Assembly (NCBI GenBank): GCA_964550425.1
Contig: CAZJZB010000001.1
Coordinates: forward strand, 3,509-67,508
Length of the DNA: 64,000 nt
Source of the DNA: an uncultured Candidatus Saccharibacteria bacterium
GTDB lineage: Bacteria; Patescibacteriota; Minisyncoccia; Phycocordibacterales; Phycocordibacteraceae
Reading direction: 5' to 3'
Part shown: in pieces, positions 59,422 to 64,000 of the stretch
How the letters are laid out: each line of letters begins with the position of its first letter
How positions within the stretch are numbered: position 1 is the stretch's first letter
Program-made: the position numbers and the translations under genes
Notes under the pieces: model-generated
The model's database searches: none
The model's input: the letters and a program-made list of their open reading frames with translations, nothing else
What the model was told of the DNA's origin: nothing

Positions 59422-59428
59422 ATACAAA

Positions 59429-60043
59429 ATGAAATTCATCCTCGCAAAAAAAGAAGGCATGACGCGTATTTTCGCGGAGGATGGCCGCGCATATGCGGGG
59501 ACCATTCTCACTGCAGATCCGGTCGTAGTAACTCAGGTCAAGACAAAAGACGGAAAGGACGGCTACGCAGCTGTTCAAGTCGGCACCGGTACTCGCAGGA
59601 CGAAGAACATCAGCAAGGCGGTTCTCGGACACACAAAAGGGAAGGGTTACACTGACATTCGCGAATTCCGAACCGATGATGCGGCAGAAGTCGGCAGCAC
59701 CATCGACGCATCGGTATTTACCGTCGGAGACACTGTGCAGGTTTCTGGACTCTCCAAAGGTAAGGGCTTCGCTGGCGTCGTGAAGCGTCACGGTTTCCAT
59801 GGCGGCCCGCGCTCGCACGGCCAGAAGCACACCGAACGCAGTCCCGGTTCCATCGGCGGATCGGGCGGCCGCGCAGGAGGCCGTGTCGCCAAAGGTATGC
59901 GCATGGCCGGCCGCATGGGCACCGATCGCGTGACCGTGAAAAATCTCAAAGTGCTTGTGGTTGATGCGGCCGCGGGAAAGATTATTGTTTCCGGCGCGGT
60001 GCCGGGCCGCCGCGGCACCGTGCTTGAGGTCGTAGGCGCGTAA
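59429..60043 (+). CDS. rplC: 50S ribosomal protein L3
   Basis: DGYAAVQVG, SKGKGFAGVVKRH, KGMRMAGRMG. Confidence 0.97.
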   Translation: MKFILAKKEGMTRIFAEDGRAYAGTILTADPVVVTQVKTKDGKDGYAAVQVGTGTRRTKNISKAVLGHTKGKGYTDIREFRTDDAAEVGSTIDASVFTVGDTVQVSGLSKGKGFAGVVKRHGFHGGPRSHGQKHTERSPGSIGGSGGRAGGRVAKGMRMAGRMGTDRVTVKNLKVLVVDAAAGKIIVSGAVPGRRGTVLEVVGA

Positions 60044-60053
60044 TTTGAATACC

Positions 60054-60830
60054 ATGACCCCTCACAAAAATACAAAGACAAAGAGTTCGGGATCTTCGAT
60101 ACTTCGGAAGACCTCAGTATCTTCGACTACAAAGAAAGTGACAAAGAAGGCATATGCGCCGATTGAAGCATCCATCTTCTCTATGGAAGGGAAGAAAGTC
60201 GGCAGCATCACTCTTCCGGAAAGCATCTTTGGCGCGCCATGGCGCAGCGATCTTGTGCATCAGGTGACGACTGCGATGCAGGCCAATGCACGCCAGAATC
60301 GCGCTCATACCAAAGACCGTGCCGAAGTATCGGGCGGCGGCAAGAAACCGTGGAAGCAGAAGGGTACCGGCCAAGCGCGCCATGGCTCCACGCGCTCGCC
60401 GATCTGGCGCCACGGCGGGGTTACCTTCGGTCCGCGTTCGGAGCGCAACTATAGCGAGAAAATTAATCGCAAAATGCGCATTGGCGCGCTCGTCTCGGTG
60501 CTCTCAAGAAAGGCGAAAGACGGCGAGATCATTCTTGTTGACCAATTCACGTTTTTCGCGCCAAAGACGGCGACTGCGAAGATAGTACTCGCCGCACTTG
60601 CGAAAGGGGCAGGTGCCGAGAAGCTCGCGACGAAGAAAAAGAATGCGGTTCTTCTCGCTCTCGCTGCATATAACACAAATGTTTCAAAGAGTTTCAACAA
60701 TTTTGGAAACGTAATGACTGAGGAAGTGCGCAATCTCAACCCGGTCGACGTGCTTGCGCACAAATACCTTGTCATTGAGAATCCGGAAGCAGCGTTCAAG
60801 GTACTGCTTGCACGCGCCAAGTCCGCATAA
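60054..60830 (+). CDS. rplD: 50S ribosomal protein L4 with an N-terminal extension
   Basis: EVSGGGKKPWKQKGTGQARHGS. Confidence 0.97.
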   Translation: MTPHKNTKTKSSGSSILRKTSVSSTTKKVTKKAYAPIEASIFSMEGKKVGSITLPESIFGAPWRSDLVHQVTTAMQANARQNRAHTKDRAEVSGGGKKPWKQKGTGQARHGSTRSPIWRHGGVTFGPRSERNYSEKINRKMRIGALVSVLSRKAKDGEIILVDQFTFFAPKTATAKIVLAALAKGAGAEKLATKKKNAVLLALAAYNTNVSKSFNNFGNVMTEEVRNLNPVDVLAHKYLVIENPEAAFKVLLARAKSA

Positions 60831-60840
60831 TTAAATCACC

Positions 60841-61206
60841 ATGACACTTTTTGGCACTAAAAAGAAAGGAGAAGAAAAGAAGGCGGTACGCACGCACCGC
60901 ACGCGTACCACAAAACTTCTTAATGCCGCTGCGCACGAAATTATTCGTGCGCCGTGGTTCTCTGAAAAGGCGCTCATCGCGACCGAGAAAGGCCTCTACA
61001 CATTTGAGGTTCCATCACGCGCGACGAAGGCCGAGATCGCGAGTGCTATCAATGAAATCTACAAAGTCGCTCCAAGGAAAATACGCATGGTGAATGTGCC
61101 GGGCAAGCGCAAGGCGATGCGCACTAAGCGCGGGACTGGGACACGTGCCGCCCGCCGCAAGGCATACGTGTACCTGAATGCTGGAGACACGATTCAATTT
61201 TCGTAA
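60841..61206 (+). CDS. rplW: 50S ribosomal protein L23
   Basis: SEKA, YTFEV...ATKAEI, RKAYVYL. Confidence 0.93.
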   Translation: MTLFGTKKKGEEKKAVRTHRTRTTKLLNAAAHEIIRAPWFSEKALIATEKGLYTFEVPSRATKAEIASAINEIYKVAPRKIRMVNVPGKRKAMRTKRGTGTRAARRKAYVYLNAGDTIQFS

Positions 61207-61230
61207 ACAATCAACCGCACACTTACACCT

Positions 61231-62079
61231 ATGAAAACCTACAAACCGACATCAAAGAGCCGTCGCTCCATGACCACACTGCCGTATCGAGAACTCCTCT
61301 CGGGCGATGCGCCGCACAAGCCCCTCTTAAAGAAGAAGGGACGCCATGGGGGTAGAAACGCCTTCGGACGCATCACGACGCGCCATCAAGGCGGCGGACA
61401 CAAACGTCGTCTCCGCGATGTGGATTTCAAGTACGATAAGAAAAACATTCCCGCCAAGATTGAGACCGTTGAATACGACCCATTTCGCAGTGCTTTCATC
61501 GGACTCGCACTCTATCGAGATGGCGATCGTCGTTATGTCATTGTGCCGAAGGAAATGAAAGTCGGTGATTCTTTTATCGTCGCCACTGATGCACCGCTTA
61601 CGCCGGGCAATCGGCTTCCACTCGGTTCGATTCCCGTGGGTACGTTCATCTACAACATTGAACTTTCTCCGGGCGCGGGCGCAGCCCTTGTCCGTTCCGC
61701 AGGAAATTTCGCCGATGTTGTCGCGCACGACGCCGGCTACACGCAAGTGAAGCTTCCTTCAACCGAGATACGCAAGGTTTCCGATCTTGCGTGGGCTTCT
61801 GTCGGTACTGTTGGGAACGAGGAATACAATCTTGTCGTCATCGGCAAGGCAGGCCGCAGCCGCTGGATGGGCATCCGTCCGACGGTACGTGGCACGGCGA
61901 TGAATCCGGTGGATCATCCCCACGGCGGCGGCGAGGGCAAACAGGGTCGCGGATTGCGCCGCGCGAAGACCGCGTGGGGCAAGCCATCAGGTAAGGGTCA
62001 GAAGACAAGAACTCCCCAAAAATATTCAAACGTCTTCATTGTTTCCCGCCGCAAGGTCGGCAAGAAGCGCAAGGGTTAA
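61231..62079 (+). CDS. rplB: 50S ribosomal protein L2
   Basis: EYDPFRSA, RPTVRGTAMNPVDHPHGGGEG. Confidence 0.98.
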   Translation: MKTYKPTSKSRRSMTTLPYRELLSGDAPHKPLLKKKGRHGGRNAFGRITTRHQGGGHKRRLRDVDFKYDKKNIPAKIETVEYDPFRSAFIGLALYRDGDRRYVIVPKEMKVGDSFIVATDAPLTPGNRLPLGSIPVGTFIYNIELSPGAGAALVRSAGNFADVVAHDAGYTQVKLPSTEIRKVSDLAWASVGTVGNEEYNLVVIGKAGRSRWMGIRPTVRGTAMNPVDHPHGGGEGKQGRGLRRAKTAWGKPSGKGQKTRTPQKYSNVFIVSRRKVGKKRKG

Positions 62080-62151
62080 GAGAGGTTTGACGATTCAGTA
62101 TCATTCCTGTATCTTTTAACTATCCCGCTGCGCGGGTTTTTCATTGCTTAC

Positions 62152-62505
62152 ATGTCACGCTCACTCAAGAAAGGACCCTTCGTGGATGTCAAACTCCTGA
62201 AGAAAGTCAAAAATGCAAAACCGGCCTCCGCCGGAGTGATAAACACATGGGCACGCCGAAGCCAGATAAGCCCGGAAATGATTGGTTTTACTCTCGGCGT
62301 CCATAACGGTAAACAGCACCTCCCCGTTCTCGTCTCCGAAGATATGGTGGGACATCGTCTCGGCGAATTCTCGCCGACCAAGAAATTTGTTCGTCACGGA
62401 GGCAAGATGCAGAAAGAGATGGAGCAGAAGAAGCAGGAAGCGGAAATTGCTTCCGCAAAGGCCGCGAAGGCCCCTGCCGCAGCCGCTCCTGCCGCTAAGA
62501 AATAA
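62152..62505 (+). CDS. rpsS: 30S ribosomal protein S19
   Basis: [27 protein letters not shown]. Confidence 0.98.
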   Translation: MSRSLKKGPFVDVKLLKKVKNAKPASAGVINTWARRSQISPEMIGFTLGVHNGKQHLPVLVSEDMVGHRLGEFSPTKKFVRHGGKMQKEMEQKKQEAEIASAKAAKAPAAAAPAAKK

Positions 62506-62508
62506 CCC

Positions 62509-62877
62509 ATGTCCTACGCAACCCTCAAGAGCCATAATCAGACGCCGCGCAAAGTCCGCCTTGTGACGGATCTCGTGAAAGGCAAGAAGATACAGGATGC
62601 ACTCGCAGCACTCGAGTTCCTCCCGAAGCGCGCCGCAGAGCCCATTATGAAGCTCATCAAGAGCGCGGTAGCCAATGCGAAGGTGTCGGGTGAAGATGTG
62701 GATGCGCTCCGTGTGCAGTCGATTGTCGTCGAGAGCGCCGGCATACTGAAGAAATATATGCCTCGCGCATTCGGTCGCGCTTCGCTTATCCGCCGCCGGA
62801 AGAGCGCAGTGAAAGTGACGCTTTCCTCTGCTTCGGCTACTGCCTCAGCATCTCCGAGCTCTCGCTCTACGATATGA
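62509..62877 (+). CDS. rplV: 50S ribosomal protein L22
   Basis: PRKVRLVTDLVKG, SAVANA, PRAFGRA. Confidence 0.96.
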   Translation: MSYATLKSHNQTPRKVRLVTDLVKGKKIQDALAALEFLPKRAAEPIMKLIKSAVANAKVSGEDVDALRVQSIVVESAGILKKYMPRAFGRASLIRRRKSAVKVTLSSASATASASPSSRSTI

Positions 62878-63587
62878 CTCATACCGTACATCCTTACGCG
62901 CACCGTCTCGGCATCATCCGGGACTGGAAGAGCCGTTGGTTCGCCGCAGATCCGAAGAGTTACCGCGAAAATATCAAAGTCGATGAAATGATTCGCCGTT
63001 TCCTTACGAAGCATTTGCGCGGCTCGTTTACGAGCGGTATTGACATCGAGCGTTCGGCGAACGAGATACGCGTTATTCTCTCGACGGCCCGTCCCGGTCT
63101 CGTCATCGGCCGTTCCGGTGAGAATGCGGTCAAGCTACGCAAGAAGCTGACCGACGTGATACAGAAGGCATCCGGACACGCTTTGCCAGCTGGCAAACAA
63201 GTCAAATTCGACATTGTCGAGATACGACAGCCGGAGACAGACGCAGCAGTCGTCGCCTATATGATCGCAGAAGGTCTCGAAAAAAGAATGCCGTTCCGTC
63301 GCGTATTGAAGCAGACGATTGAGAAGGTCATCGCGGCGCGCGAGGTCGAGGGTGTGCGTATCGCGATTTCCGGACGACTCGGTGGCGCGGAGATGAGCCG
63401 AAAAGAGGAGGTTAAAAAAGGTCGCATCCCGCTTCAGACGTTTCGCGCTGACATTGACTTCGCACATGAACAGGCCTACTTGTCGTACGGTGTTATTGGT
63501 ATCAAAGTATGGATCTACCGCGGGAACGTGTATCAGGATAAGAAGACATCGGTGCGCATACCAGAGAGCACGCCCGTTCGCGGCTAA
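62874..63587 (+). CDS. rpsC: 30S ribosomal protein S3
   Basis: VHPYAHRLG, RPGLVIGRSG, GRIPLQTFRADID. Confidence 0.97.
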   Translation: MTHTVHPYAHRLGIIRDWKSRWFAADPKSYRENIKVDEMIRRFLTKHLRGSFTSGIDIERSANEIRVILSTARPGLVIGRSGENAVKLRKKLTDVIQKASGHALPAGKQVKFDIVEIRQPETDAAVVAYMIAEGLEKRMPFRRVLKQTIEKVIAAREVEGVRIAISGRLGGAEMSRKEEVKKGRIPLQTFRADIDFAHEQAYLSYGVIGIKVWIYRGNVYQDKKTSVRIPESTPVRG

Positions 63588-63596
63588 TATTTTTGT

Positions 63597-64000
63597 ATGT
63601 TGTTCCCTAAAAAAGTGAAGCATCGTAAATGGCAGACGCAGCGCAAGAGTGCGAAGCGTCTCGCTCGTCCGGACACGCGCGGCACCACGGTCGCATTCGG
63701 TTCCTTCGCACTCAAAGCGCTTACAAGCGCACGCGTGACAAGCAATCAAATTGAATCCGCGCGCAAAGTGCTCGTCCGCGCCACCGCGAAAACGGGCAAG
63801 ATGTGGATCCGCATTTTTCCCGATAGACCGGTGACCGCCAAACCAGCGGAGGTTGGCATGGGCAGCGGCAAGGGCGATCCGAAGTTCTACGTCTTCGAGG
63901 TGCGTCCGGGCCGCGTACTGTTCGAGCTCGATGGCGTTCCCGAGGATATTGCGCGCGCGCATTTGCGGCAGGCGGGCATGAAACTGCCGGTTACCACTTC
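63597..64000 (+). CDS. rplP: 50S ribosomal protein L16, runs off the window edge
   Basis: Manual translation: MLFPKKVKHRK...QIESAR...WIRIFPD...MGSGKG. Confidence 0.95.
   Translation, partial: MLFPKKVKHRKWQTQRKSAKRLARPDTRGTTVAFGSFALKALTSARVTSNQIESARKVLVRATAKTGKMWIRIFPDRPVTAKPAEVGMGSGKGDPKFYVFEVRPGRVLFELDGVPEDIARAHLRQAGMKLPVTT

Overview
A 64 kb chromosomal window from a small-genome bacterium using genetic code 11 (TGA is used as a stop, e.g. rpsG). Gene content, compact spacing and type IV pilus/competence genes suggest Patescibacteria (CPR, Parcubacteria-like); this is inference, not a database result. Core genes: recJ, rnhA, pgk, tpiA, pilB/pilC and minor pilins, nusA, ppa, clpP, rny, hup, four tRNAs, cca, xth, a Xer-type recombinase, rpsO, comM, an intein-containing pcrA/uvrD, rsmA, and the str and S10 operons through a partial rplP. 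Small accessory inserts lie between them: five type II-like or MNT-HEPN toxin-antitoxin pairs, AT-rich exported proteins, and a repeat-bounded deaminase next to a purM-like gene. No rRNA, CRISPR array or transposase was seen. The most striking unexplained structure is a family of about 160 bp non-coding elements directly behind tRNA-Gly(GCC) and tRNA-Arg(TCG). They share terminal motifs, but each carries an inverted and a direct copy of its own tRNA's 3' end. Other notable items: a TA module between two copies of the xth 3' end, palindromic mini-elements in frame inside conserved genes, a parS cluster inside and after cca, and widespread leaderless-type promoters. Coordinates were counted by hand, so non-ORF boundaries may be off by a few bases.
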